NCBI GenBank assembly: GCA_963777735.1
Contig: CAVZRQ010000008.1
Location: 81,647 to 145,646, forward strand
Reading direction: 5' to 3'
DNA: 64,000 nt
Source: an uncultured Gammaproteobacteria bacterium
GTDB taxonomy: Bacteria > Pseudomonadota > Gammaproteobacteria > Steroidobacterales > Steroidobacteraceae
The translations under genes and the position numbers were made by a program. The notes beneath the pieces are model-generated. The model ran no database searches, had not been told where the DNA came from, and saw only the letters and a list, made by a program, of their open reading frames with translations. Shown piece by piece: positions 19,068 through 28,079 of this stretch; the stretch's first letter is position 1, and every line of letters begins with the position of its first letter.

Positions 19068-19784
19068 ATGGGTTTGCGGGGCAAGCAGGTGAAGTGTCAT
19101 GAGAATGAAAACATCGCAATTGCCGGTGATTGGTCACAAAAGTGCTGGAGCATCACCGCGCTCCAACGGGGAGCACTAGCGCACGCAGACGCTAATTATC
19201 GTGACCTCGTGGGAATCGCTGATTGGCTACGGCTGCCGCGGGATGTACAGCAGCGCTTTGATCGTGTGCTGGCTGCCGGTGAATCCGTGATCTATGCCGG
19301 TGAGGTGATTTCCACCGAGCGGACGCTGGTTGGCTGGCTCTGGTCGCAGCTGTTGTGGTGTGTTGGCGGACCGCTGCCGCTGAAGGTCCTCAACCATGTG
19401 CCCAGCACTGTGGTCGTTACGGCGGATGCCGCGGATACCCAGTGCTGGACCCGCATCTACCACGAGCCTGGCCAACTGCCGCAGGTGATCCGGTCCATGA
19501 AGAGCTTCTCTGGCCCGACTGGCCTTGAGGAACGGGTGGGCAGTGGCCTCAGCATGGCGCTCACTCTGTGTGTCGAGCCACGAACGCTGGTGTTCCGCAG
19601 TGCCGGTTATCATTGGCGCTGCGGCCCGATGCAGCTGCGCATACCCGACTGGTTGACACCCGGCTGCATGGAGATCCGGCACCGCGAGGAGGGCGCGGGC
19701 CGCTTCAGTTTCACGCTCACCGTAACGCATCCCTGGTGCGGGAGAGTCATCCACCAGGTTGCCAGCTTTCGGGATACCAATTGA
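19068..19784 (+). CDS. DUF4166 domain protein (copy 1)
   Basis: DUF4166-like sequence (LPRDVQQRF, WTRIYHEPG, LVFRSAGY...PDWLTPG). The start is uncertain; an in-frame GTG further downstream is possible. Confidence 0.55.
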   Translation: MGLRGKQVKCHENENIAIAGDWSQKCWSITALQRGALAHADANYRDLVGIADWLRLPRDVQQRFDRVLAAGESVIYAGEVISTERTLVGWLWSQLLWCVGGPLPLKVLNHVPSTVVVTADAADTQCWTRIYHEPGQLPQVIRSMKSFSGPTGLEERVGSGLSMALTLCVEPRTLVFRSAGYHWRCGPMQLRIPDWLTPGCMEIRHREEGAGRFSFTLTVTHPWCGRVIHQVASFRDTN

Positions 19785-20314
19785 TGCGCCACGTTGCACT
19801 GTTCCCAGGGTTGATGGGCACGGATTTCGCGTCGCTGCACCCACAGGTGCAGGCTGTTCATGGCGGAGCGGGCGGTAGCTGGACTGGCAGGGCGAATGTG
19901 CAGCGTGGTACTCACCTGCTACTGCGCCTGGCAGCCCTGGTCGCTCGCCTGCCAACGTCGCAGCGCGATGCACCTGTGATGGTGACAATCGAGGTGCAGC
20001 CCGAGTGTGAAGTGTGGACCAGGAAATTCGGCACAGCCGCTCCGATGCGCTCCAGGCTGTGCAACGTCGGCGGCCTGCTGAGGGAAAAGCTGGGACTCGT
20101 GACCATGCAGTTCCGGATCCTGGCGCGTGAATCCGGGATGGACTGGGAGCTGCAACGCATTGCGTTCCTTGGAGTGCCGCTGCCACTGCGCCTGTTCAAG
20201 GTTCAAGCGGGTGCGCAAGCTGTTGATCATGGGTACCGGTTCCTGGTTGCGGCACACGTGGTGGGTCTGGGCGAGCTGATCCGTTATGAAGGTGAGCTGG
20301 ATGCATCCTGCTGA
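19784..20314 (+). CDS. DUF4166 domain protein (copy 2)
   Basis: Paralogous layout (LGTDFASLHPQVQAVHGG, WTRKFG, LPLPLRLF). Its start shares one nucleotide with the copy 1 stop. Confidence 0.55.
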   Translation: MRHVALFPGLMGTDFASLHPQVQAVHGGAGGSWTGRANVQRGTHLLLRLAALVARLPTSQRDAPVMVTIEVQPECEVWTRKFGTAAPMRSRLCNVGGLLREKLGLVTMQFRILARESGMDWELQRIAFLGVPLPLRLFKVQAGAQAVDHGYRFLVAAHVVGLGELIRYEGELDASC

Positions 20315-20684
20315 CCGGGTGCTGGTGTTTGACGGTTATTGCCACCTCTGCAGCGGCTGGGCGCGTTTCATGGCCCGGCATCCCTTGGATCCACCATTCC
20401 GGCTCGTGGCCATGCAAAGCGATGAGGGTAGAAAGCTGCTGGCGGCGCAGGGCATTGATCCGGAAGATCCCTCAACTTTCCTGGTGATCGACGCGGGACA
20501 GGTGCATCGCGAATCCGATGGTGCAATCCATGTTGTCACCGTGCTGGGTGGAGCCTGGCGCAGTTTCGTGTTTGCCCGCGTGATTCCGCGTCGATTGCGT
20601 GACGCCCTGTATCGTCTGCTGGCGCGCAATCGTTACCGCTGGTTCGGCCGACGGCAGGTTTGCTACTTGCCGGAAGAGCGGTGA
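20301..20684 (+). CDS. DCC1-like thiol-disulfide oxidoreductase (DUF393)
   Basis: VLVFDGYCHLCSGWARF (the CxxC motif of the DCC family) and a C-terminal RNRYRWFG. Confidence 0.75.
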   Translation: MHPADRVLVFDGYCHLCSGWARFMARHPLDPPFRLVAMQSDEGRKLLAAQGIDPEDPSTFLVIDAGQVHRESDGAIHVVTVLGGAWRSFVFARVIPRRLRDALYRLLARNRYRWFGRRQVCYLPEER

Positions 20685-21793
20685 TGCGCGTCGTGGTGCT
20701 CGGCGGCGCGGGCAACTTCGGCGCTCGTATTGTGCGGGCGTTGAAGAACGAGCCGGGTTTGCAGGTGATCTCAGCAGGGAGGCGTGTCGTAGCGGTGCCG
20801 GGCGCCGTGAATGTGCCAACAGCGCAACTGGATATCGGTTCCCCTGATTTTGCAGAACGCCTGCGAGATCTGGCTCCAGGTCTCGTCATTCACTGCGTGG
20901 GGCCGTTCCAGGGGCAGGAATATCATGTCGCGCAAGCCGCACTCGCCGCTGGCGCCGACTATCTCGACCTGGCCGATGGGCGCGAGTTTGTCGCCGGTTT
21001 CGCTGCGGCGTTGAATGCGACAGCGATCGGGAGCGGTCGTTTTGCCATCAGTGGGGCGAGCACGCTGCCGGCATTGTCGACGGCCGTCATCGATCAGCTG
21101 CAGGTCGGGCTGACATCCTCGGAGTCGATACAGATCGTCATTGCACCGGGGCAAAGGGCGACGCGCGGCGCGGCGACGCTGTCGGCTGTCTTCAGTTACC
21201 TGGGCCGACCGATCCGCATTTGGCGCAGCGGCCAATGGCGGACGGGCTGGGGCTGGATGGCACTGCGGCGCTTCGATCTGGGTTTCGCAACGCGTTGGGG
21301 TGCACTGTGTGATGTTGCCGATCTGGCGTTGCTGCCAGAGAGATATCCGCAGGCGAGAACCGTGACCTTTCATGCCGCGCTCGAGATCCGGGCGCAGCAT
21401 CTGGTGTTGTGGATGCTGGCTGGGCTGCGACGCCTGGGTTTGCCATTGCCGATCGAGAAGTGGGCAGGCGCGTTTGACCGTCTGGCGACAGTGTTTGATG
21501 TGTTCGGGGGAGAGTGGGGCGGCATGCAGGTGCAGGTCATGGGAACCACGCCTCAGGGTGAGCGTGTCCGTCGAACCTGGACACTGCAGGCGCCGGTGAT
21601 GAACGGGCCGGAGATCCCCTGCATGACCGCGATACTGCTCGCCCAGCGATGGGCGCGCGGCACGCGCACCGCTGCGGGTGCCTATTCCTGCATGGGGTTC
21701 GTCTCGCTCGCGGATTTCGCGCCGTTGTTTGCGCGTTGGGGAATCACGACCCGCATCCAGGAGAGTGCGCTGCAAGGGCAGGTGCGGTGTTAG
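20684..21793 (+). CDS. saccharopine dehydrogenase-like NAD(P)-binding protein
   Basis: Rossmann N-terminus MRVVVLGGAGNFGARIV. Its start shares one nucleotide with the DCC stop. This family is commonly found next to DUF4166. Confidence 0.65.
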   Translation: MRVVVLGGAGNFGARIVRALKNEPGLQVISAGRRVVAVPGAVNVPTAQLDIGSPDFAERLRDLAPGLVIHCVGPFQGQEYHVAQAALAAGADYLDLADGREFVAGFAAALNATAIGSGRFAISGASTLPALSTAVIDQLQVGLTSSESIQIVIAPGQRATRGAATLSAVFSYLGRPIRIWRSGQWRTGWGWMALRRFDLGFATRWGALCDVADLALLPERYPQARTVTFHAALEIRAQHLVLWMLAGLRRLGLPLPIEKWAGAFDRLATVFDVFGGEWGGMQVQVMGTTPQGERVRRTWTLQAPVMNGPEIPCMTAILLAQRWARGTRTAAGAYSCMGFVSLADFAPLFARWGITTRIQESALQGQVRC

Positions 21794-21823
21794 TCTCGAG
21801 TTCCAGAGCTCAGGAGCCATTCC

Positions 21824-22519
21824 ATGCCTACACGCACCGCACTGATCATCGGGGCCTCGCGCGGGCTCGGGCTCGGGCTCGCAAAGGAGCTCGCGGCGCG
21901 CGGCTGGCGTGTGATTGCCACGGCTCGCTGGCCGGATACCTCGCATGGCTTGCTCGCTGCCGCGCGGGAGTCTGTCGGCCGGATCATTGTCGAGTCGATC
22001 GACATTCTCGAACCGTCGCAGCTCGACGAACTGGCGGTACGTTTGTCGGCTGAATCCATCGATCTGCTGTTCGTGAATGCGGGGATTTCCGGCGCTCGGG
22101 ATCAATCCGTTGAAACAGTGACCGAAGGAGAACTCGCGCACATCATGCTGACCAACGCCATCGCGCCGCTGCGGGTGGCGCGGCGATTGTTGCCACAGGT
22201 GAAGGAGGGTGGCACGGTCGCGTTCATGTCTTCTCGCATGGGCTCCGTGGCGGACAACCAGACCGGTGGCATGGATCTTTATCGCGCCAGCAAGGCGGCA
22301 CTCAACTCCCTGACGCGCGGCTTCGTGGCGACAGTGGCAAAGAATCGCGCGGTTCGCGTGCTCACCCTGCATCCCGGCTGGGTGCGCACCGACATGGGCG
22401 GCGAGGATGCGCCGCTTTCCATCGACGAGAGTGTGCGCGGCATGGCAGATTTGCTGGAGCGCGGTGGTGCTTCTGCCCATCAATTCCTGGACTACGCTGG
22501 CCAGGAAATCCCCTGGTAG
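21824..22519 (+). CDS. SDR family oxidoreductase
   Basis: TALIIGASRGLGLG cofactor motif and the YRASKAAL catalytic motif. Confidence 0.85.
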   Translation: MPTRTALIIGASRGLGLGLAKELAARGWRVIATARWPDTSHGLLAAARESVGRIIVESIDILEPSQLDELAVRLSAESIDLLFVNAGISGARDQSVETVTEGELAHIMLTNAIAPLRVARRLLPQVKEGGTVAFMSSRMGSVADNQTGGMDLYRASKAALNSLTRGFVATVAKNRAVRVLTLHPGWVRTDMGGEDAPLSIDESVRGMADLLERGGASAHQFLDYAGQEIPW

Positions 22520-22529
22520 CGATGCCTGG

Positions 22530-23912
22530 TCAGAGGTTGAGCAGTCCCAGGTCCTGGGTGGCAAAGGATCCGATGGAAGGCGCAATCGTGGCAATGTCGG
22601 TGCTGGCCACGCCAAACCAGCGCGCCAGCGTCGCGGCATACTGATCCGACGAGACGGTTGGTATGAATCGTCCGCCACCCACATCATCCGCGCCATCCGC
22701 TGCCAGGCGCGCGCCAAGCCGCAATACCGGATATTGCCCGGCAATTGTCCGGCCGCGCACCGCATCGCCCAGCAGCAACTGAACGCCACCCCAGGCGTGG
22801 TCCGTGCCGTCGCCGTTGGATGTCAGCGTACGGCCGAAATCCGATTGGGTGAATGACGTTACGCGATCGGCTACACCGAGCTCCACGGTCGCCTGATGGA
22901 ATGCCGCGAGCGCCTGACTGATGGTTGCATAGAGAGCTGGCTGGTCCTGCAACTGATCGTCATGCGTGTCGAAGCCACCGGTTGCAACGAAGAATACCTG
23001 TCGTTTCATCTGCAGCCGGTCGCGCACGGAAATCAGTCGTGCCACGGAGTTGAGCTGCGTGGCCAGCGAGCTGGCTGGAAAAACCGTGTTCAGCGGCTGC
23101 GCTGCCGCGAGCGCAGCCGTCACGGTCTCTGCGGCCCGCACCGCCCGCTCCTGGGTCTTCGCGAAGGCGCGCTCATACAACGTGCTGTAGGCCGGCGCCG
23201 GATTGAGCAGGCTTGTGAATGCGGCCTGTCTGGCCTGGGCGAGTCCCGAATTGCCGAATCCCGTGAACGTGATCGGTCCAGCTGCGCCCATGGTGTAGGG
23301 CACCGAGACATTGCCCGCCTGGAACAGGGTCTGTCCCGAGAGCGAAATATTCAATGCCAGTGTCTGCGCTGCGGTCTGCGACGCAAACACATCGCCCATG
23401 CGGCCGGCCCAGCCACTCCTGGAAGGCTGGCGGCCGCGCAATGAATGCCATTGGTCCTGCTGATCGTTGTGCGAGAACAGCTGAGGGGGCAGGGGCACGG
23501 ATTGATTGAAGTAGGCGTCCAGCGAAGTGGGCGCGAGCAGGGGGCCGACATTCGGAACAACGGCCAGCCGACCCTGTTCGAACAGGGCTGCCAGTTCCGG
23601 CATCGCCGGGTTGAATCCGTACGGCGCCCCGCTGGTGCCCTGCGGGTTGATCGGCAGCAGCGAGCCTTGGGGAACGGCGAGATTCTGCCGCGAGGCGGCG
23701 TACACGTTGTATTCCGCATCGCTGCGCGGCACGACCATGTTCCAGGAGTCATTGCCGCCAAACAGGAACACACAGACCAGCGCCTTGTAGTCCGGGAACT
23801 CGCCGCCACCCACCATCTGCGCGAACGATACGCCCGGCGTATGTCCGAGCGCGTATGCCGCGCCGCCAGAAGCCAGAGCCTGCAGGAATCGGCGGCGTGC
23901 AATGAGGTGCAT
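22530..23912 (-). CDS. DUF1501 domain protein (sulfatase-like, Tat signal)
   Basis: Twin-arginine signal MHLIARRRFLQALASGGAAYALG. Also FLFGGNDSWNMVVP and FDTHDDQ motifs. Start chosen at ATG 23912. Confidence 0.85.
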   Translation of the reverse strand: MHLIARRRFLQALASGGAAYALGHTPGVSFAQMVGGGEFPDYKALVCVFLFGGNDSWNMVVPRSDAEYNVYAASRQNLAVPQGSLLPINPQGTSGAPYGFNPAMPELAALFEQGRLAVVPNVGPLLAPTSLDAYFNQSVPLPPQLFSHNDQQDQWHSLRGRQPSRSGWAGRMGDVFASQTAAQTLALNISLSGQTLFQAGNVSVPYTMGAAGPITFTGFGNSGLAQARQAAFTSLLNPAPAYSTLYERAFAKTQERAVRAAETVTAALAAAQPLNTVFPASSLATQLNSVARLISVRDRLQMKRQVFFVATGGFDTHDDQLQDQPALYATISQALAAFHQATVELGVADRVTSFTQSDFGRTLTSNGDGTDHAWGGVQLLLGDAVRGRTIAGQYPVLRLGARLAADGADDVGGGRFIPTVSSDQYAATLARWFGVASTDIATIAPSIGSFATQDLGLLNL

Positions 23913-23928
23913 GGGAATCTCCGGAGCC

Positions 23929-25611
23929 CTAGCGCTGCAGCGCGAATTCAGGCGAACTGACGATGAGATACAGCGCTTCCGCAACCCGCTGGCTGTCGGT
24001 TGCCGTGCGCCGTTCCAGCTGGGTGCGCGCTGCCGTGCGCAGGGCGGCTGAAATCTGTCCGCCCATCAGTTTGTCGGCAATCTTCGTGACCAGCGCTTCC
24101 GGATCGGCGATCAGGGCCTGCTCGGTCAGTGTGTCGATGGCGATTGCGGTTTCGGCGAGGCCAGTGGATGCGGAGTTGCGATTGAAGACCTGCTGATACA
24201 GGAAGTTGGTGACCGCGGTGTTCTGATACTCCGTTGCGATCTGCATTTCCGGTGCAACCCAGTTGCCGTCCGCAATCTCGCCGGGAGGAGCATAGAAGGG
24301 GCTGAAAAAGTTGAACACCGACGCTGCTTGCAGCGGCGCCTGACCGAAGTTGTTCGCGGGCTGCAGCTGATACCGGCCATTGGCGGCTCGCGCTCCATAA
24401 GCACGCCACAGCTGCGTCAGCCGCAGCAGGGGTTCCTTGAGTTTGCCGGTCTGCGCGGCAGCGGGCGCTGCTCTGGCTTCGTCGTCCAGCAGGATCGCGC
24501 GCACTACCGCACCCAGGTCGCCGCGTTCGCCGCTGCCATTGTTCTCGAATCGAGCGACCACGCGCGCCACATAGGCGGGCGATGGATTGCTGGTTACCAG
24601 CCTGTGAATCAGGCGTCTGGCGATGAAAGGGCCAACATTGGGATGCGCAAAGACATTGTCCAGTGCGTCATCCAGATCCTTCTCCATGGTCTGGTTCGCC
24701 GGCAACAGCGTTGCGCCCAGCAGTTGCTTGGTGCCGGTGGCGTGTTGCTCCGGATAGGCCCGCATGGGAAGCATCTCGTTGGCCCGGTTCGAACGCACGG
24801 TGGCGAAGTTGGGCGTACCCGGAGCCGTCCAGGCCCACTTCCAGCCCGTGAACACATGGGCAAAGCCTTCAATGGTCGCCTGGTTGAAAGTGGGTAATGG
24901 CTGATCCTGCTGGTCACGCCGGGTCGAGCCATCTGGGTTCAGTTCGACGAGCCCGATCGTGAACAGCTGCAGCAGTTCACGCGCGTAGTTTTCGTCGGGC
25001 CGGATGTTCCGCGCGGCATCCGGCTTCTGGTTGCCCAGCATCGACAGATACACGCCCATCGCCGGACTGAGGGTCACGTCCTCCAGCAGCTGTCGGTAAT
25101 TGCCGAACGCACCTCGCACGAGAATGTCGTAGTAGTCCGTCACGGCGAGCGGCCGCTGCTGCAGTCCGCCGAGCTGCGACACCACCAGGATCTCCGAGAG
25201 TGCGAAGGCAACCCGCTGCCGCAATTGATCTGGCGCAGTGACGGCGTTGCGCAACCACAGCTCGATCCGGTCGTTATGGATGGAGCCCGCCGCGGTGCCC
25301 GCCGGCAGCAGGTCGTAGGCGGTCAGCACAGCAGGAAGATGCAGTGAAGGCGTAATCGCGATCTGCTGATCGATCCAGCGCCCATAGGCGTTGCTGGAGT
25401 CGCCGAGCGCGCGCAGCGCCGCGGCCTCGCTCTCCGAGGCCCCGAAGGTGGACTGATTCAGGAACCTGTACGCCTCGACCTGCGTTACAGCCGCTGGAGT
25501 GGGTGGCGGAGGGGGAGGAGGCGGAGGGGTTACTGGCGACTCTCCACCACCACAGGCAGTCATGGCGAGCGCGAGGCAAGCCACAACCGCGAGTGAGTGT
25601 CTGGACGCCAT
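23929..25611 (-). CDS. DUF1800 domain protein (lipoprotein signal)
   Basis: Lipobox LALAMTACGG followed by a Pro-rich linker. Large conserved domain (ENYARELLQLFTIG, FTGW). Forms the usual pair with DUF1501. Confidence 0.8.
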   Translation of the reverse strand: MASRHSLAVVACLALAMTACGGGESPVTPPPPPPPPPTPAAVTQVEAYRFLNQSTFGASESEAAALRALGDSSNAYGRWIDQQIAITPSLHLPAVLTAYDLLPAGTAAGSIHNDRIELWLRNAVTAPDQLRQRVAFALSEILVVSQLGGLQQRPLAVTDYYDILVRGAFGNYRQLLEDVTLSPAMGVYLSMLGNQKPDAARNIRPDENYARELLQLFTIGLVELNPDGSTRRDQQDQPLPTFNQATIEGFAHVFTGWKWAWTAPGTPNFATVRSNRANEMLPMRAYPEQHATGTKQLLGATLLPANQTMEKDLDDALDNVFAHPNVGPFIARRLIHRLVTSNPSPAYVARVVARFENNGSGERGDLGAVVRAILLDDEARAAPAAAQTGKLKEPLLRLTQLWRAYGARAANGRYQLQPANNFGQAPLQAASVFNFFSPFYAPPGEIADGNWVAPEMQIATEYQNTAVTNFLYQQVFNRNSASTGLAETAIAIDTLTEQALIADPEALVTKIADKLMGGQISAALRTAARTQLERRTATDSQRVAEALYLIVSSPEFALQR

Positions 25612-25674
25612 GTGTGGCTTAACGTGGCACCCGCATTATGGTTGACAGGAAACAGCCAGCGCAGGGGTGAACGA

Positions 25675-26049
25675 TCAGACCGGTTCCCAGCGGCTCATGT
25701 CCGGTTCGTTGCCGAGGCTGATCTCCAGCAGGCAGAAACGCACCCGCCGATCCAGTTCCGCGACCTGGCCGTCATCCAGGTTCTCGATGCGATACACGTC
25801 GTCAGGATCGACATGTCGTTTCGTCATCAGGGTGATCCGTTCGATGATGCGGGCCACGACACCGAGCGTCTCAAAGTGCGGCCCACCCGAAGCCGCTTCG
25901 ATCATCGCGGTTTCCAGATCCGCGTAACCTTCTTCATCGAACAGCCCATCTTCCATCAGACGACCCAGGATGGATTCATCCTCCCAGCCATCGCTGGCCG
26001 GGTCGTTCTGGGCGAGAAGTGAATACTCGCTGCCTTCGAAATCGTTCAT
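25675..26049 (-). CDS. hypothetical strongly acidic protein
   Basis: 124 aa, rich in D/E. I do not recognise a family. ATGA overlap with the upstream basic ORF. Confidence 0.5.
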   Translation of the reverse strand: MNDFEGSEYSLLAQNDPASDGWEDESILGRLMEDGLFDEEGYADLETAMIEAASGGPHFETLGVVARIIERITLMTKRHVDPDDVYRIENLDDGQVAELDRRVRFCLLEISLGNEPDMSRWEPV

Positions 26050-26366
26050 TTCGCCTTTTTCTTCTTCGCCCGCTTCGACTTCACGAAGGCCGCGAGCACG
26101 CCGGTGCTCTTGGTGTAGGCCTTCCAGTCTGCTTTCGATTGCTTGATGCAGGCCGCCATGAAATGCCGCACATCGTCCAGCGCCAGCTGTTCCACCGTCT
26201 GCTCGTCGACACCCTGGATGCGCGCGAGCCGGATCCCGTTGCGGTAGACATCTGCGCAGAGCTCGCCGATTTCCTTGGGCTGCGGTACGCGCGGGTGCGC
26301 CGGGATGGCTGCTTGCTTGGCTGTCTTCGATTTTTTCCGGGCTGCCATATTCGTCGCCTTATGCAT
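26046..26366 (-). CDS. hypothetical lysine-rich basic protein
   Basis: About 100-106 aa with K-rich N- and C-termini (AARKKSKTAK..., ...KSKRAKKKKAK). An alternative start is ATG 26348. Confidence 0.45.
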   Translation of the reverse strand: MHKATNMAARKKSKTAKQAAIPAHPRVPQPKEIGELCADVYRNGIRLARIQGVDEQTVEQLALDDVRHFMAACIKQSKADWKAYTKSTGVLAAFVKSKRAKKKKAK

Positions 26367-26398
26367 GTCTGTAATGAGCCGCGTATTCTACCTGCACC

Positions 26399-26809
26399 AT
26401 GCAACGCGCCGGGCCAATCACGCAGCTGAACTGTCCCTGTGGCAAGCCAGCCCCGTACACGCGGTGTTGCGGGCGCTGGCACTCAGGGCCATTGTGGCTG
26501 CAGGCTCCTGATGCCGAGCTGCTCATGCGTTCTCGATACAGTGCCTACGTCCTGGGGCAGCTCGACTATCTGCTCGAAACCTGGCATCCGCAGACCCGGC
26601 CTCCAGGCCTTGCGCCCAATCCACCGGATCTGCGCTGGCTTGGACTCGACGTTCGCCACCATGTGCAGACAGACGAGAACCAAGCCACCGTAGAATTCGT
26701 GGCACGCAGCAAGCAGGGTGGACGCGCCAATCGACTGCACGAGATCAGCCGTTTCGAGCGGCTCGATGGTCGATGGACCTATCTGGATGGCATCACAGAC
26801 TTCGCATAA
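26399..26809 (+). CDS. ychJ: YchJ family protein (SEC-C motif, UPF0225)
   Basis: CPCGKPAPYTRCCGRWH SEC-C metal-binding motif and a SnoaL-like core (LMRSRYSAYVLG). Confidence 0.8.
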   Translation: MQRAGPITQLNCPCGKPAPYTRCCGRWHSGPLWLQAPDAELLMRSRYSAYVLGQLDYLLETWHPQTRPPGLAPNPPDLRWLGLDVRHHVQTDENQATVEFVARSKQGGRANRLHEISRFERLDGRWTYLDGITDFA

Positions 26810-26949
26810 TGTATATTATGTTAAATGAAGGATCTGCCTGATCACCCTAGAATCGGGTTTCCCTGCCAACGAGCTCGCAGACCATCCTTTTCACCCTGTT
26901 CCTCTCTGCCCTCGTCAGCGCCACGCTGTTTCCTGGTCAATCCGAAGCA

Positions 26950-27306
26950 TTGCTTGGGGTGATGCTGCTGGACAGCGCGACTCCGTGGCTGCTGGTAGCC
27001 ATCGCGAGCATTGGCAATGTTCTGGGCTCCGTCATCAACTGGATGCTTGGGCGCGGAATCGAACGGTTCCGTAACCGGCGCTGGTTTCCGGTCAAGGAGC
27101 CGGAACTGGCCAGGGCCCAGCGCTGGTACCAGCGATACGGCAAATGGTCCTTGCTGATGAGCTGGGCACCGATCATCGGGGATCCTTTGACCCTGGTCGC
27201 TGGCGTGCTGCGCGAACCGTTTCCGGTGTTCCTCGCTTTGGTCAGCGTCGCAAAGACTGTCCGGTATGTCGTTGTGGCATGGGTGACGCTGCAACTGGCG
27301 GGCTGA
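26950..27306 (+). CDS. yqaA: YqaA family (DedA-related) membrane protein; 5' end unresolved
   Basis: YqaA-like sequence. Homology clearly continues upstream of the TTG at 26950 ([25 protein letters not shown]) back to a stop at 26848-26850, with no ATG/GTG/TTG in frame. Confidence 0.65.
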   Translation: MLGVMLLDSATPWLLVAIASIGNVLGSVINWMLGRGIERFRNRRWFPVKEPELARAQRWYQRYGKWSLLMSWAPIIGDPLTLVAGVLREPFPVFLALVSVAKTVRYVVVAWVTLQLAG

Positions 27307-27398
27307 CCGGGTGGGCAAATGACGTATTCTCGCTCCCTGCCCGACCACTGATCATCGGGCCAGTTTGCGCTGTCCAGTGCCGCCAGGAGCCGTTTGAG

Positions 27399-28079
27399 AT
27401 GCATGCATACGATGTTCTGCGAGTGGGTGTCGGCGGCCCAGTGGGCTCGGGAAAGACGGCACTCGTGGATCGACTATGCAAGAGCCTTCGCGACCGGCTC
27501 AACATGGCCGTGGTGACCAACGACATCTATACCCGCGAAGACGCCGATTTCCTCGTGCGCAGCCAGGCACTGACGCCGGATCGTATCCGCGGCGTGGAAA
27601 CCGGGGGATGTCCGCACACGGCGATCCGTGAAGATGCCTCGATGAACCTTGCCGCCATTGACGATCTCACGCACAGCTTCGCAGCACTTGATTTGATCAT
27701 CGTGGAAAGCGGTGGCGACAATCTCGCAGCGACGTTCAGTCCCGAGCTCTCCGACCTGACGCTCTACGTGATCGACGTATCAGCTGGCGACAAGATTCCC
27801 CGCAAGGGCGGTCCGGGAATCATCAAGTCGGACCTGCTCATCATCAACAAGATCGATCTGGCGCCTTATGTCGGCGCATCGCTGGAAGTCATGGAGCGGG
27901 ATGCGAAGAAGATGCGCGGCGAACGCCCGTTCGTGTTCACCAACCTCAAGACCGATCAGGGGCTCGACAAGGTGATCGAATTCATCCTCGACAAGGGGAT
28001 GTTGCGTGACAAGCTCACTGGGCCAGCAGGCGTACGGCCCGTGCCGCAGCCGACGCCCGGTTCTCCACTCCCAGCTTGA
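27399..28079 (+). CDS. ureG: urease accessory GTPase UreG
   Basis: [17 protein letters not shown]-loop, the CPH metal motif ([13 protein letters not shown]), ESGGDNL and NKIDL. An AGGAG-like RBS precedes ATG 27399. The C-terminal roughly 20 aa overlap the convergent regulator gene. Confidence 0.93.
   Translation: MHAYDVLRVGVGGPVGSGKTALVDRLCKSLRDRLNMAVVTNDIYTREDADFLVRSQALTPDRIRGVETGGCPHTAIREDASMNLAAIDDLTHSFAALDLIIVESGGDNLAATFSPELSDLTLYVIDVSAGDKIPRKGGPGIIKSDLLIINKIDLAPYVGASLEVMERDAKKMRGERPFVFTNLKTDQGLDKVIEFILDKGMLRDKLTGPAGVRPVPQPTPGSPLPA

Noticed and set aside
20771-22789. 672-aa ORF on the minus strand spanning the saccharopine-dehydrogenase-like and SDR genes
   Set aside because: It is antisense to two genes with clear family motifs. 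Its translation is Arg/Ala/Pro/Gln-rich low-complexity sequence, typical of shadow ORFs in GC-rich DNA. I recognise no motifs.
27960-28079. The UreG C-terminal tail (…[27 protein letters not shown]) as another frameshift artefact
   Set aside because: I tested removing one base near the expected end, and that opens a long read-through frame rather than creating a nearby natural stop. Only a 2-nt change would expose the TGA in CGTGAC. I therefore left the tail as sequenced and flagged only the overlap.
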